A stretch of 63,962 bases of DNA, filler included, from Asterionella formosa (lineage: Eukaryota): assembly GCA_002256025.1 (NCBI GenBank). It is 27 parts of 27 records of this genome, joined end to end, with 100 filler letters (N's around TTAATTAATTAA, not from the genome) between each part and the next. Parts side by side here need not be neighbours in the genome. Positions count along the whole stretch, not along the records: positions 13,985 to 37,867 come from NKIB01002369.1; 26 more parts are not named here. One strand, 5' to 3'. Below the pieces are notes generated by a model, which worked only from the letters and a program-made list of their open reading frames with translations, searched no databases and was not told where the DNA came from. Of the stretch, positions 24,123 through 37,967 are shown piece after piece. The stretch's first letter is position 1, and each line of letters starts with the position of its first letter. Both the position numbers and the translations under genes were made by a program.

Positions 24123-25015
24123 AATGGATTTGGAATGTATGTGTATAATCTTTTCACCGAATGTACCGGTAATATGATGTCTCTGTAAATAGATAAATGT
24201 TGTTTATGTTCTTGTGGGTCGTCGCAATGACTAGAGTATTCTTATAGCTTACCAGGTACCGGTACCTGTTGTGGTACGTAGATCCCCCTCAAGAATATGA
24301 GCTATTTTCATTTCATGGCCTTCAAAAGTGTGTTGCAGTATTCTAATGGACAATGCATTATTAGTGAGTGCTTTCACATTTTCTAAGAACATGGTCTACA
24401 ATGACATTTTAGGACTCTTCCATCAGAAAAGTCTACGAGAGATCGTTTGTAACAATGAAATATATTTATCATATAAAATACCGGTATGAAGTACTGGGTA
24501 AGTAACACATTCTTACATTCTTTCTGTGCGAGAATATTGTACCATTTGTACCTGAAGTGGTGCGTAGTGCAACTTTTATTCTATGTTACGAAATGTATTC
24601 GTGCCGGTACATACATGAAAGGTACATAGAATAGTTACTCAAATCATGATTACCGGTAGTTAGTCCATTAATTCTACCGGTGCGTGGTACAATACACGTA
24701 CCTGGTACTCCGTACCAGGTAACAGTACCAGTACTCAAACTCATCAGACAGCACCACCAGTGCATTATGGTACCAGGTGCCAGTCTAGATCTTGAAGGTC
24801 AACTGCCTACCGGGTATTCTCATACCCAGTATTGACATTTGCTTCTACAGTACTCATGACGAATAGATTTGATATCATGGTTTGGTTTGTCAATCCTGAT
24901 GTGCAAAATATTAATAAATGCAATGCATTAGTTTCAGTGCGTTTTGCAAGCAATTAACACTTGGCAAAACCTTGGACTGATTTATGCAGTTCACTCGCTT
25001 AGAACACGGAACATA

Positions 25016-26315
25016 ATGACACTACCGTTAGAAGTATTGGCTATCCTTGCGCTTTGCTTTCGATGCGGCAATGCCTTTCTCATTACCCAACATAATGAGC
25101 CTCACAATTCGTTGACAGCAAGTGTACACGACGTTCACAAGCGCAAAATGATTCAATTGAAATCCCAGGAAAAATCGTATGCTTTTATGGCACTGGACGA
25201 CGCAACTCAACTCTGGGAAAACGACGTGTCTGCCTTCGTCTACTTGATCCCTCCAGTGGCGGCAGCAGGTGCCTTCAACGGCTACGAAGCAACAGCAGCG
25301 ACCTTTCATCGTTTTGTGGATGTCTTGTCGAACAATAATTGGTACGTTAGCAACCCATTCATTGGACTGCTTGAAATTATATACAACCAAAACAATTTGG
25401 ACCGTACCACTACTCATGAGCTTTGTGGGACATTTTGAATCCCAAACTAACAATGCAATTCATGTGATTTGCCTGCAGGGCTGCTGTAGATGGAGGATCG
25501 CTGAAGCTGGATGTAATAACCCCTGCGATCAATGGACCATTCTTGGCGTCAATTACAGTCCTATTTGCTACACTTACAGCAACGACAATTCAAGAGTTGT
25601 ACAATCGTCAACTCAAGTTACGCGATAATCTTGTTTACGAAGTGGATGCACTCCGTACTCTATCTCTGGCAATAGCATCTTTGCCAGATCCATATCGATC
25701 GGAAGCTGTCATGCACATGGTAGAGTATGTTGACTACTTTTACCTCGATGCAAAGACTGGCTTTAGAACTCCAGTCAGTCGACGACAATCTGGAATGGAT
25801 CAAATAACCGTACTACTGCACCGAGCAAGCAATGAATCCATGAATGGATCTGGAATTTCTGTCCCAGGTTTGATTTTGGGCGAGTGCTACCGCTCCGTAG
25901 CTGAAATCAACACCCAAAGGGTTTTTCTCGTCAATGGTCTAAAGACTACATTCCCCCCGATGCATTACTTTTCATTGGCACTGTTAGCAACTGCGATTTG
26001 TTTTGTCTTTTTCGTCGAGACGGATCGAGAGTTACTGTTCTTCCTTGCTGGATTTCAGCTCAGAGTGATTTGGAGCTTGCTGGTTGGGGTATTTGCGACC
26101 ATGGGGGTTGTCTTTTACGACCTCGCAACGCCATTCTCTGGTAGCTACAAGGTATGGTCTCTGATCTGTTCCTTGTAACATTTGTCTCCATTCGTTTTAT
26201 TCTGAAGATTGCACTCACACATTGTTGAAATCATATGATGTAGGTTTTCGAGGGAACTGACGATCTACTTAAGTCAACACGTGACTTCATTTTAAATCCC
26301 GTCAAGCATGTATAA
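25016..26315 (+). CDS. Plastid-targeted membrane protein, DUF4239-like
   Basis: Signal peptide ending GNA|FL (ASAFAP-type). Introns 25342-25478 and 26152-26243 give a continuous frame (NNWAAVDGG...TPAING...LFATL...DLATPFSGSYKV), with TAA at 26313-26315. Confidence 0.75.
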
Positions 26316-26389
26316 CAGAAATAATGCAACTCTATCTGTCATGACAACTAACAGATTATGAGAACTAGAATGCTCCGGGGTGGCGACTA

Positions 26390-27523
26390 CTATTTGTCCT
26401 TCTTGTGCAACACACAAACAAGTCGAAAGGCTTGCTCCTCGTCGCTCACGTCCACGTCTTGATTGAGAGCCCCATACATGCCAGCAACTTCAAACCCAGC
26501 GAGATTTGCAAGTGCGTCAATCTCTTGCGCTGTGTATTGTCGCATAGGCACAATTTCCTTGACAAACTGATCTTGCGTTCCACCCACCACTTGCATCTGA
26601 ACTGTAAAGTTTCGGACTTGGCGAATCGGGTCAAAATAGTCGTCTTCATCGCCCCACACAATTTGTAGTTCACCATCAGTACCATCTTCCAGAGGAACTT
26701 CCCATCCATTCCTGGTGCACTCTACCATCGTAAAGGTCTCACGAGGATGTGGGAGTTCCAGTATCAATGTTCCACCCGAATTGAGAGCCTCGTGGACAGT
26801 TCGAAAGCAATCAAGTGCGTCCTTGTTGGTCGTCATGTGCTGGAGTGAACCCAACAGTATCCAGGCTGTATCAAATGTGTTTGAAAAACAATCGAAATTT
26901 CGCATATCTCCTTGTAAATATTGAAAGGACGATCGCAGGTCAACGCCTAGGTCCCGATCCGCCAATTCAGTTCCATAGGTGACCATGTCCTTGCTAAAAT
27001 CTAGCGCTGTTGCAGTCTGTATTGGTGAGTTCTCGATGAGCAATGACTCAATGGCATGTCGTGCAGGTCCTGCCGCCAATTCTAATACATGTCTTGGTGC
27101 TTCGCCTGTGTACGAGTGCTTTTGATGCGCATACATAAGAAAGTCGACTTCGTCGTCAAAGTTGCGATACCCAAAAGCTAAATCATACAGAGCCGGTAGT
27201 GAGTAAATTTGTCCCCCAGGTACTACTGCCACTTGTTCGTCGTCTTCTTTGACACTTGCATTTTCTATCTTGGAACTAAATCCAGCAGCTTTTTTCATGC
27301 TATTGTTGGCGCCTCTGCGCTGGGCTGCCATTTTCAAAGCGACATGATGTCTCCTTGGTCCATTTTCATTTTGACACTCTTCATTATCATCATCGTGTAC
27401 TTGTATTGTTCTGAGTCTATTTGAAGCTACACCAAATGCATTTGCTTCCTTTTTATTGATTATTAAAAGAGATAGGAATAGGAGAATGAAAGTAATACCG
27501 TTCGATTTGGTGGACTTCGTCAT
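26390..27523 (-). CDS. Class I SAM-dependent methyltransferase, probably plastid-targeted
   Basis: VLELAAGPARH (motif I), ALDFS, GDMRNF, L..GG.LILE; signal peptide ending ANA|FG. Confidence 0.88.
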   Translation of the reverse strand: MTKSTKSNGITFILLFLSLLIINKKEANAFGVASNRLRTIQVHDDDNEECQNENGPRRHHVALKMAAQRRGANNSMKKAAGFSSKIENASVKEDDEQVAVVPGGQIYSLPALYDLAFGYRNFDDEVDFLMYAHQKHSYTGEAPRHVLELAAGPARHAIESLLIENSPIQTATALDFSKDMVTYGTELADRDLGVDLRSSFQYLQGDMRNFDCFSNTFDTAWILLGSLQHMTTNKDALDCFRTVHEALNSGGTLILELPHPRETFTMVECTRNGWEVPLEDGTDGELQIVWGDEDDYFDPIRQVRNFTVQMQVVGGTQDQFVKEIVPMRQYTAQEIDALANLAGFEVAGMYGALNQDVDVSDEEQAFRLVCVLHKKDK

Positions 27524-29461
27524 GGTGGCTTAGATGCCCGCCTCATTTGAATTTAATGTGATAAAGCTATTCCATTCAAAAAGGAGCAGGTGACAAATTC
27601 CTGGTAATACCCTGGTATTTACCGAATTACCTATGTATGTACCGTTTCACATACTGGGTAGCACCTATGTATGCACAAAAAACCATAATTGATGGTGCGA
27701 AAGTACAGTACTGGTATCCTAGCATCAGGAAGGTAAATACAGGAGGGAGTACATACCGGTAGTAGGTAGTAAAGGCAATAATAACCTTTGGAGCAGTGGT
27801 GATGGAGTGGTCATCATGCAATGTATGCAGCATGTTTGATGTGTTGTGAACTAGTACCTGGTATACCCCACAAAGCGATTTTCTTTTGGCCATGTGATTT
27901 GCTTTCCAAAATGGTACATATATCAAGCACAGCAAAGAAAATAGATGTATAAAAGAATAGTTGTATTTTATACTATACTACATGCAACATGTTGTGCTTC
28001 AAACTAGATGCAACAAGACGGGCAATTAATTTTGGTAGTAAAAAGAATTCTAACTTCGTTGCATTGTTTACACCAGCTAAACTAATTTTGTTTTGTTGCT
28101 GCAATCAAGAGAAAGGAAATGAGGGGTTTTATTGACAAGCCTCATCAAAAAACTTGGGGTAACTAGCAAAACAAGTTTTGGCTTTAACAATGAACCCGGA
28201 AAACTGGAAATTTTTGACTACGTGCATTGTAGCATGTGTAATATTGACAACAAAAATTGAAGTCGCTGCCGGCCCCTTTGATGTAATTTAGTGATCCACA
28301 ATTCAAGATGATACTTATGTTACAGATTTGAAGTAAACTTTCATGGTAGCTGTGCAACAAATACTGTAATGACTATAACAATAAAATGATTAATTGAAGC
28401 AAAAGTTGTGTGAAAACGTCATTTATCAACTGAAAATTGATCTGACTACTAGTACCAGCAATTTGTGTAGTCGCAAATGCAGGTAGCTATTGGTGCTGGC
28501 AAATGTGAAGTATGTCAAAACCAGCAACTTTGCTTGGGACTGCTGCTTCTCTTTGATGTTTCTACTCATCATTGCAATGATGAGGACATTGGCAGTCGAA
28601 GAAGCAGATGAATGCAATGACAGCAAGAGAAAAGCAAGAATGAATGAGTGCCATGGTGACTGGCATTTAGCAAGGAAATATTGTGTATAAAAGAGAGTTG
28701 GTAGGGTTATAGTAAATATACATATGTACCGGTACCAGCAAGTTGCGGTCATTTTGCTTAAACCAACATTCAAATCTTGGATAAAGACAGCTAAATCTTT
28801 AGGTTCAGGAAAATTACTGCAACTTGCACAGCAGGTCTAGACAAAGCTTGTGTTTCTTTACAATGCACACATTGCAATATATACCGTGCCGGTACTGGGA
28901 CCTGGTAGTATGCTTCTGTATGTGCGTACCGGTATGTATAAGCTCCCCGTGGTATCATCGTGGTCGCATGTGTGTGTGCAGGCAGTGTGAGCCATTGACA
29001 GACTCCACAACAAGGAAAGCAAAAGCTCGATTCAAAACGTATGTAATCTATGTTTCGATCGTCTGCATCATTATTTTGTACATACCGGTAGTTCGTCCCC
29101 TGGCGTATTTGCTTCATCATAAGGTATATAAACAGCTAAAATATGTACAGGACGGTATTGTTATATTTTTATCATCGTCACATCGTTTGAACTCATCTGT
29201 TGTCGACATTGATGTACAATAAATAACTTAACCTATCATCGGTAGGGCAGAACTGATCTGACGAGAATCAGATTTTTCTGTTGTGCAGTCGTCCACCTGA
29301 ACTCGGGGCGCTCATCTGGTGTAGAGATTCATTGCATTGATTTGCAGTGGCATCGATACCAGTGACACAGTCAAAGCGATCCTCGCGAAAAAGTGTTGAC
29401 AACAACCCTAGCAACTGTTGAGTCTGACAACTAACTCTCTGTTGACGAGAGCATCGAAGCC

Positions 29462-31495
29462 ATGATTTCCACACACGTTTTGATGGCAAGCCAACTGCTG
29501 CTGCTACTGGTGATGTCAAGTGGGGTCGAAAGTACCGGTACCTGGATAGACCCTGACACATCTGCCAACGATTACACAACTGATTCGTACGTACCCAGGG
29601 TTCCCACAGGCCAACGACCCCCTGAGAAAGCTACTAACCACACGAAAAAACCAAACAGACATCCAACAACATCTCGGCCGTCAAATATGCCCTCTGCCTC
29701 GCCCTCGGCCACTCCCAGCATGGTCGCCAGGAACTTCCAACTTGTCTTTTCAGATGAATTCAATACACCTGGACGAACATTCGGCGATGGCAAGGATCCA
29801 AGATGGACTGCCCTTGACAAGAACGATTACACCAACGACGCTCTGCACTACTACTCGCCGGACAATGCCGTCACCAACGACGATGGATGGCTAGTTATCA
29901 AAACAGAACCTGCCGACACGGAAGTGGTGGGCTTTGACGATGTCAAGCGGGAAAATACGATTGTGACCAAACACTTTAAATCCGCCATGCTGCAAACGTG
30001 GAACAAGTTTTGTTTTACAGGAGGGATTATTGAAGCTCAAGTCATTTTGCCAGGCAAGCACAATGTTGGAGGACTCTGGCCAGCCTTTTGGATGTTGGGC
30101 AATCTAGCAAGACATACGTTTGTGGGGTCGGCCGAGCATGTTTGGCCATGGAGTTCCACCACGTGCACCACAAAGTCCAGAACGGCACAGGCCATCTCGG
30201 GATGTGCCAATATTGCACATTATGGGATGGAAAAGAGATTTGGTAGAGGGGCACCGGAGATTGATATATTCGAGGTTCAGCCTGGAGCCACTCCTGCGAA
30301 TAAAGGGGCTTTCTTTTACATGCCGGTCGGTCAGCCATTCATGAGCGCTTCCTACCAGGTTGCTCCTGGAAGGCCTGTCAATCGGCCCGGACCTGGGCTC
30401 TGGCCAGGACCTGGCCAGTGGTATGAAGGATTGAAAGGGGGAGAAAATACATCGGTTAATATTTTGTTTTACGGAAACTATAATGCCTTCTTGAGTGACG
30501 TGGATCCGGCGAAACAAGACTATTGGAGTGATGCGATTAGTTACAATCGACAGCTATTTGAAGATCATTTCGAAAAACCTCATGTATACAGAGTGGAATG
30601 GGAACCGCCCTCTGACGTCCACGACGGTTATATCCATTGGTTCTTGGATGGAAGTTTGGTACTTGCTATCAACGGAACAGGAGTTGAAGCAGCCGGACTC
30701 GGAGGTGAGGTGTCATCAGAGCCAATGTACATTTTGTTGAATACTGCTATTTCGAAACAGTGGGGTAAGTTGCTTCTTGTGCAGATACTTCTTTCTACTT
30801 GATCCATCCCCATTGCCATAATAGAATCTTACAACATTTTCTTTGCGGTGTTCTCAGGATTTCCTGCCCACTGTCCCGAAGGTTGCGCTTGCAAAGAATT
30901 CGATTGTCACGACTTGTCATACGGATCTCAGTGCGGCTTCTCAGAAGGATTTTGCGACATGATGAAGACGATACCTGAGTACAAGATTGACTGGGTTCGT
31001 GTGTACCAAGACGTCGATAACAAAGAACATAAGGTTGGATGTTCAACACCTGAGCGACCTACCCGACAGTGGATTCAAGCACACGAGAAGCTTTATAAGA
31101 CTGACGCAGATGTGCATCCATTGAAGGAAATTCAAGTTGGCCATGGGAAATGCAACCCGAGAGATATTGGGACCCCGAGTCCAACGGAAGCAGATTTGTG
31201 CGGTGGCCCCACCAAAGGCCAATGTCGGCAGGGAGGTATTTGTGAATGCAATGCTGGATGGACCGGTCCACATTGTTTAGCACACCTGGGATCAGATCCT
31301 ATTGTGTATGATGCACCGGACAGAATTTCCGATCTTGGGTTTATACCACCAACTGTTCCTCCTTTTGCTCTCTTAGTTGGTTTGGGGGCGCTTGTTGTAA
31401 TGCTGTTAGTTAATATCCAATGGAGGACACGATTGGATGGATGGACGCCGTTTGTTGCCTCCGCTGCCGTCATCTCCGAGGAAGAGAAGCAATAA
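29462..31495 (+). CDS. GH16 KRE6/SKN1-like beta-1,6-transglycosylase (diatom TGS-type)
   Basis: LVFSDEF, WNKFCFTGG, GLWPAFW and catalytic EIDIFE. Intron 30765-30857. EGF-like CECNAGWTGPHC, C-terminal TM helix and signal peptide. Confidence 0.92.
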
Positions 31496-31626
31496 GTGTT
31501 TGCGATGTGTGATGAGTTTTGGCATGTCATTATTTCAGTACAATATTTAATTCTAGAGCTAGCATTGTGTTGTTCCATAAAGGCAATTTGCTCATTTTTG
31601 TGGTCTTCCTTGTGCTTAATTTTGAT

Positions 31627-34600
31627 TTAGAACAAAGTTAGGAAAACGGTTGCAAAAATCATTGCAGCAACCAGCATACGGTTCGTCGTCTCTTCTTCCC
31701 CTAAAAGTCTTGCTTCAAGGTCGGCTGCTGTTTCCTTCCCTATACTTGAGAAGGACTTCGGGGTGGGGATCAAATTTTCCTTGGCACTTGACCTTGCTGT
31801 AGACGCAAGACTAACTAGCCAGCAACCCACAATGTCGAGAAGAAACAGAGAAAGAATCAAGTATCTAGAACCGCGAGATGGCAAGGGTCGGAGCTCTAGC
31901 ATGGCATTAAGTGAAGGAATGATTTCCACAACACCAACAACTGAAAACAGAAAGGCAGTGCAAACAGCAATGGAAAGTTTCCTGCTTTCCAAAAAGCTTC
32001 CGCAGAATGGTTTTCCTTTGTGATTGACCAACGCTGCCACGCCGCTCTGAAATATTGATAAAAGGAAGACTACATTAGTGGCGAAGTTCGGCCGGAATTT
32101 AGGACGGCCGAACCAATCTTTATCTTCATGTTCTGCAAGTGGCACTGAAGATATGGCATGAGCAAGTGCCTCGATGAGAGGTCTTCGCTCTGCCCCGCTT
32201 GTCAATGGGCGTGATTGCCATTTGATCAGCAATGGAGTATCTTTGGTTCCAGATAATTCGAAGGAGTTCGCAATCTTGACTCCTGAAGTAAGAGCTGCCA
32301 AATGGATAAAGGCTTGCCCAAGAACTGATAAAATACTAGATGGATGAAACAATGACGCAGGTACCCTCGTGCTTGATAAATGCGGACGGGGAGTACACCA
32401 GGCTTGATAACCTGCTTGGTCGATTGCCATGTAGAACATCATTTCAACACTGAACATATGCTTGCCGTATCTAAATCCATCTCTATACAGTGTGGCAAGA
32501 TTGTACGCGGCCATTAAACAGCTCAGAGCAATCCCTTGCTGCGTGGAAAGGGCACACGCGGAAGCCGCGACTCCAACTCGCATTAGTCCATCAACACCAT
32601 CAATTGCTGGCCTCAAACAACTAAATGGCGACGCCAGCGATGCCTCTCCTGGCTTGATATCGAACTCTTCCATGAGCTCGAATTCTACTCCGGTTGAATC
32701 CAAGTGCTGCCGTTTTCGCTCGCTCTCTGCAAGTATTCTCGCTGCTGCAGCGCCTCCTTTTCGCAGAAGTTTGGACCGATTTCTTTCTGCTTTGATGACG
32801 GACATGGTAACCTCAAATTGGGCCCTAATATCGTCTGGGGTAAACCTAATTTCACGACTATTGAGATTTTGGATACCCTGTCGATGAGCGGCTTTTTTCT
32901 TAATCTCAAGTAAGGACTCATCAATCCTAGTTTTAATTCTTGCTCGTGAAGCAGCCGGAGACTCACCAATTCCTACTTTGGACATAGCACTTATCTGGTG
33001 AGATTTTCTGTTGCTACCGATAGGCTTCTCAGTGACCTTTTGCCTTCTTCGTTCATTCTCAAAGTCAATATTCTCATTTGATTCGCGCTCATCGCCGTAC
33101 CCATTTAATAAGGCAACGCTTACATCTGCGAGTTTCATGGCGGCTACGTCATTGACACCGTCGCCTTAAAGAAAATTTCGGATGAGACGCCATTTGAAAA
33201 TTACGTTGAAGAGAACAAGATCATGACTTACCACACATCAATACTTTTTTGCCTCCGTTCTTCTTCATCGTTGATATCGCATACTCCTTTTGTTTCGGTG
33301 ATGCTCGTGCGATGATTGAAAACCAGAATAACTTGCTGTAAATGGAAAAAAGAAGTGGCGAGTATTTACTTTTGGACTCAAGGCGTTCGATTACAGTTCC
33401 CGTCGTCGCTAGCGAACAGCGATTTTGACTAGCAAGAACCTGGAGTTTTGACCAATTGTCTTGCGTTAAAACCAATGATTGAACACTGTGTTTTTCGTGG
33501 ATTTTCCAAACCCATTCCTCCCCATCGAAATCCAGTACAGCAGTGGTAATATTATTGATCACCCCTGCTGATTTTGACGTGGATATCGCAGCTTCGATAC
33601 TATCACCTGTTAGCATCGTCACAAGTATACCAGCTTGGGTAAGTTCTTCGACAATTCTTTTTGTACTTGGACGAATCGAGGCTACAAAGCAACCAAAACC
33701 TATAAACTCAAATCCGTGTTGTTCTACGTCATTTCTGCCCAGATTTTGGGCACGATGACGGGCATCTTTGATAGCCAACAAGACCTCATTGTTGGAAGTG
33801 GGTGCACCATAGGGAAACAACGATTTTGCCATGTCATCGTTAAATGACAATTTCTTGGTTGCCATGGCAATAGTCCTTGTGCCTTCCATTCCGAGTTGTG
33901 AATTTGTCCGGTGATACCACTCCTTGGTGTTATTTTCAAGATTCAAAATCTCTTCGATCTTGTCTGGAGAACCTTTTATCACTTTCAATATCAGAATATT
34001 CCTATTTTTAGGATTGAAAACAAGAACAATAGCAGAAGATGTTCGTCTAGTCGGATCAAAAGGAAAGGCTTTCACTTGCCAAAGCTTTGTCCCAACATTG
34101 TTTCCCACCTTTTTCGTGTAGCAGTCTTCTTCATGACTGTAGGTCCAGCCGGAATACCTAAGTGAAGCCAAATCCAGAGGGTCCCCAATAAGCTTGCTTT
34201 CGGATTCATTTCCCTTTAAACTGACGAGCGAGTGGCATCCTCCAAGGACGGAATCGATCATCATTTCATTTGTTGTGCTGGAATTTATTGGTTGCACAAT
34301 GTTCGACAACGATTGTGTGTCTGCTGTGAGTGTGCCTGTCTTATCAAAAACAACCACGTCAATAGTAGCAGCTGTCAATAGTGCACCTGGTTCGCTACAT
34401 ACAACATCGGCTTCTTTTCGCAATTGAGCCGCACAAGATTGAGCAATAGCTGACAAGGCCATCGGAATATTGGATGGAATCGATGCGATCGCAATCCTGC
34501 TGCATTGAATAATTTTTCGAAACATCGAGGTCTGGTGATTGTTGTTCATAAGCGATCTCCAACAAGCTATAAGTGCAAAAACAGATAGCGAAACGATCAA

Positions 34601-36325
34601 TTTCAACGCGTCCTTCTCTGATTGGGGATTAGATATCGCTCCAACGCGACTTTTTGATAAAGCTCGCATCAGGTCTCCTCGTGATGAATAAGTTCCTGTT
34701 CGTAGTGCTAAACATTGCACGCCCTCACTTGCCTCACTCGGTATTTTTGGTATTCCTTTACTCGCCGGTTGCATTTCGTTGGTTAGATATAAAACGGATG
34801 TTCCAGCGAAGAGCACTGAACCTCGATGCCGGCCCATCATATCCAACAGCGTTGAATCGACCTCTTCAAGAGGCATCTTTGATTGAGGTACAGATTCTCC
34901 AGTTAGTACACTTTCATTAGTGACCACGTTTCCATTCAAGAGCAAAGCGTCGACAGGCATTATTTTGTCGGAATTGGAAAGGAGGAATACGTCGCCAGGT
35001 AGCAGTTCCACCGACGAAATCTTGGTCCATTCCATTTCGTTCATAACATTAGGACGAAGGGCTAACACACTTTGCGATCCCACATCGTCAATATTTCCTT
35101 GAACTTCCTGGGAAAGTTCTTTTGCCGAAACAATCGCCTGCCTGGCATTGAACCAATGCTGGCCTAACGTTGTTGCGATGCTGAAAAGGGACGATCCTAA
35201 GGATTCTTCTAGTGCTTGCAATAACTTTCCTAAAAGTTGCAATACAGATAGTGGCGAAATCAGGCGTGACTGAAATGCTTTGGTAATTGTTGGCTCTGGC
35301 AGTGATATAGATGCATATGGGCCATATCGATCTTGCGCAGATTGGAGTTGCTTCCTTGTACGCAATCCCATTGTTTCTGTGTTTGTCAGTTCTTTCAATG
35401 ATTTCGTAAGATGAAGTTTGGGTCCTCCATCAGTTGTTTGACATGTTCGGATATCAGTATAACGACGCCGATGGTTCAGATCAACGTAATAGGGAGCCAC
35501 ATCATTTGTCGTACCCTCATCGACTGTATATGTCTCATGAGATTTATGCAAGGGAAGAATTAGCTTAGCCTTTCCATCACTTTCCGTGACTCTAAACTCC
35601 CGAGGAATAGAAACCAATATGTCTGGCTTCGTTCCATGTAGCATATAATTTGTCAATATCTTTTGTGCATCATTCCTTTTGCTGATGTCATATTTCTTGT
35701 AGTGTAGAAATATATTCCAATCAATGAACCACTGAGGTAATAGTACACAACATGCTAACAAAATTGCCAAAGATCCCAATAGTGATAGAAGTGGGAATGC
35801 CGACGGCAAAAACATTGGCGGAATCACATCTTTGGATGACTCTGCAAACTTCCTAGCCAAAAATCGCTCTGTGCGAGACGGTTCGTAGTTCATGGGAGCT
35901 GGAAAATTAGTCTGATGGACCAGTCGAAACACGGCAGAGCAGTAGGGCCTTTTCGAAGTTGCGAAACAAGCTCCCATTGAGACGAATATGGCACCAAAGC
36001 AAATAGATTGAAGGAGTTTTCGTAAATTAATTCGTCGAGGTACCAAGATGGCTTCGACTTTTGGTTCCTTTCGGTTGCTCTCCCCTTCAGTGGCGGCTCG
36101 TTCCGCCTGCAGTTGTATAGTATTTGGGTCAGTAATAGGTATTGATCGTCGGCGATCCTTATTCCTCCTATGCTTTATGGAGCCTTCTCCGATTCTCTCC
36201 ATGGCCATTGATTTCTTTTTTGAAGCAGATCTCCTGGCGTGAGGGCGGGACGATGAACCCTCACAAATGCAAATCAAAGAAACGAGCAGTAGGACGATGA
36301 GCATCGTCCCCCTTGGTCGATTCAT
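31627..36325 (-). CDS. P-type ATPase, P5 subfamily (divergent)
   Basis: LTGES, phosphorylation site FDKTGTLT, KGSP, MLTGD. An intron at 33165-33231 joins MCG|DGVNDVAAMK. C-terminal TMs with NHKGKPF resemble P5A. Confidence 0.9.
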
Positions 36326-36838
36326 TCCAGGAGGATAGTGACCCCGATTACTAATCGTTTCTGATGATTAGTGATTGGCCACAAAAGCAATGAAGTTAGG
36401 GTGATCTGTTCATCGTCATCAATCAAATGATCGCTTTGTTTTTCTTGGCCAACAAAATAAAATAATTCGTGTATCATCGGTATCATAAAAATATCCACGT
36501 TTACAGGTTGTGCTACCGGTACCCTGGTACTTGGTATCTGGGTATCATATTCTGGTATGGTACGTGGTACCTGGTACCTGCATGCCCACGACATCGTGAC
36601 GTCTGGCTGTCTTTCCGGTTTGCTACCCAGGTCGCAGAAGCATTTCGTACAAAGGCTGCTGTTCGCGGAAAGCCAGCAGGAATCATGAGAAGGAGTACAT
36701 AAGTACATACACAAGGCTTTAGAACCTCCTACCGGTACCGGGATCTATGCTATACATAGAGTATTTATTTTTTATGTGCACTTGCTATGCATTATCTATA
36801 TTATGTAACTTACGTGTACTACCACACGACAAAAGTGG

Positions 36839-37867
36839 TGTGTGTGTTGAGAGGGAGAAACGCTTGCAACGGATGCCAGCGGCAGCTACATTAACAAGGA
36901 ACTGAGATTCTAAAGTAGTATTTAACTAGCTGTAGAGGGACCAGTACTCACGGGAATTAAGCACTTACAGGAATCTTGGTAGGATATACGGAGTAACCGG
37001 TATATGGTACCAACACCCCCCTCAAGTGAGAAAATTCCCATGAGACGGGACAATAATATTGCGGAGGCGGAGAAAATGGGCATCATCTTTATGTTCTTTG
37101 GTGAACAGATCAGCAACATTGGTATCCCCTGGGAGGTGGGTGACAAAGATTTCGGAAAAACGGTGAGCGTCGTGCACAGCCATGTTGCGGATATTAATAT
37201 GCCGCATCTTTTTGTTAGCACAGTTGTGGGACCAGTCCACAGCACCTCGGTTGTCATTCCAAAGAGGGGTGGGGAGAGTTACATCAGGCATGTGGAGGTC
37301 ACTAAGGATATGGCGGATGAATTGGGTAACCTTGGTGCCCTCATCTGCAGATTTGATTTCAGATTCGCAGGTACTGCGGCTCACACGAGGTGCACGAATG
37401 ACATGCCAGGCAATGGGGCCACCTGTACGTGTACTGATGGAACCAAGAAGGGAGCAACACTCGGCAAGAGAGATGATGTCGGTGGGGTTGGGTTTGGAAG
37501 CATCTTGGGGGCCCCAGTTGGCATCGGTGTAAGTGGTGAGAGTGGGAGTGTCCTTGGGCCAGCCAAAGGTGGTGGAGAGGTATGAGGAAGCAAATTGCGA
37601 GGTAAAGGCAATGCCATGATCGGCAGAGCCAGCCAGGTATCGTAACACATACTTGGCACCTAAAAGGTGAGCAGGGGTGGCATAGGAGTTGTGCTGAGCC
37701 AGGAGAGTGAGGGCCACAGAGACATCAGGACGTGTGCTGACAGCCAGCCAATTGAGAGCCCCAATGAGTGACTGGTATTGTGTAATAATGGCCGCGCGAG
37801 CTTTGGGGGAAAGTTCAGCACCATCAGGCACAATGCGGTCATAGACCAGGCCAGAGCGATAAGGGGT
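36839..37867 (-). mobile_element. Ty1/Copia LTR retrotransposon 3' end (RT C-terminus, RNase H, PPT, 177-bp LTR), copy 1
   Basis: YQSLIGALNWL..TRPD, YTDANW, STCESE, NDNRGA, ADLFTK. A GAGGGGGG polypurine tract abuts LTR TGTTGG at 37015. Identity with copy 2 ends at 36839 (...CA). Confidence 0.95.
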
Positions 37868-37967
37868 NNNNNNNNNNNNNNNNNNNNNNNNNNNNNNNNN
37901 NNNNNNNNNNNTTAATTAATTAANNNNNNNNNNNNNNNNNNNNNNNNNNNNNNNNNNNNNNNNNNNN

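Noticed and set aside
13985..36325. Functional gene cluster (SDR, methyltransferase, reductase, transporters, GH16)
   Set aside because: No scaffold biosynthetic enzyme, and mixed predicted compartments. This is ordinary diatom gene density.
37004..37585. 193-aa plus-strand ORF (also 41404-41985) and long antisense ORFs over FBA, GH16 and the carboxypeptidase
   Set aside because: Shadow ORFs opposite well-supported genes, explained by codon bias.
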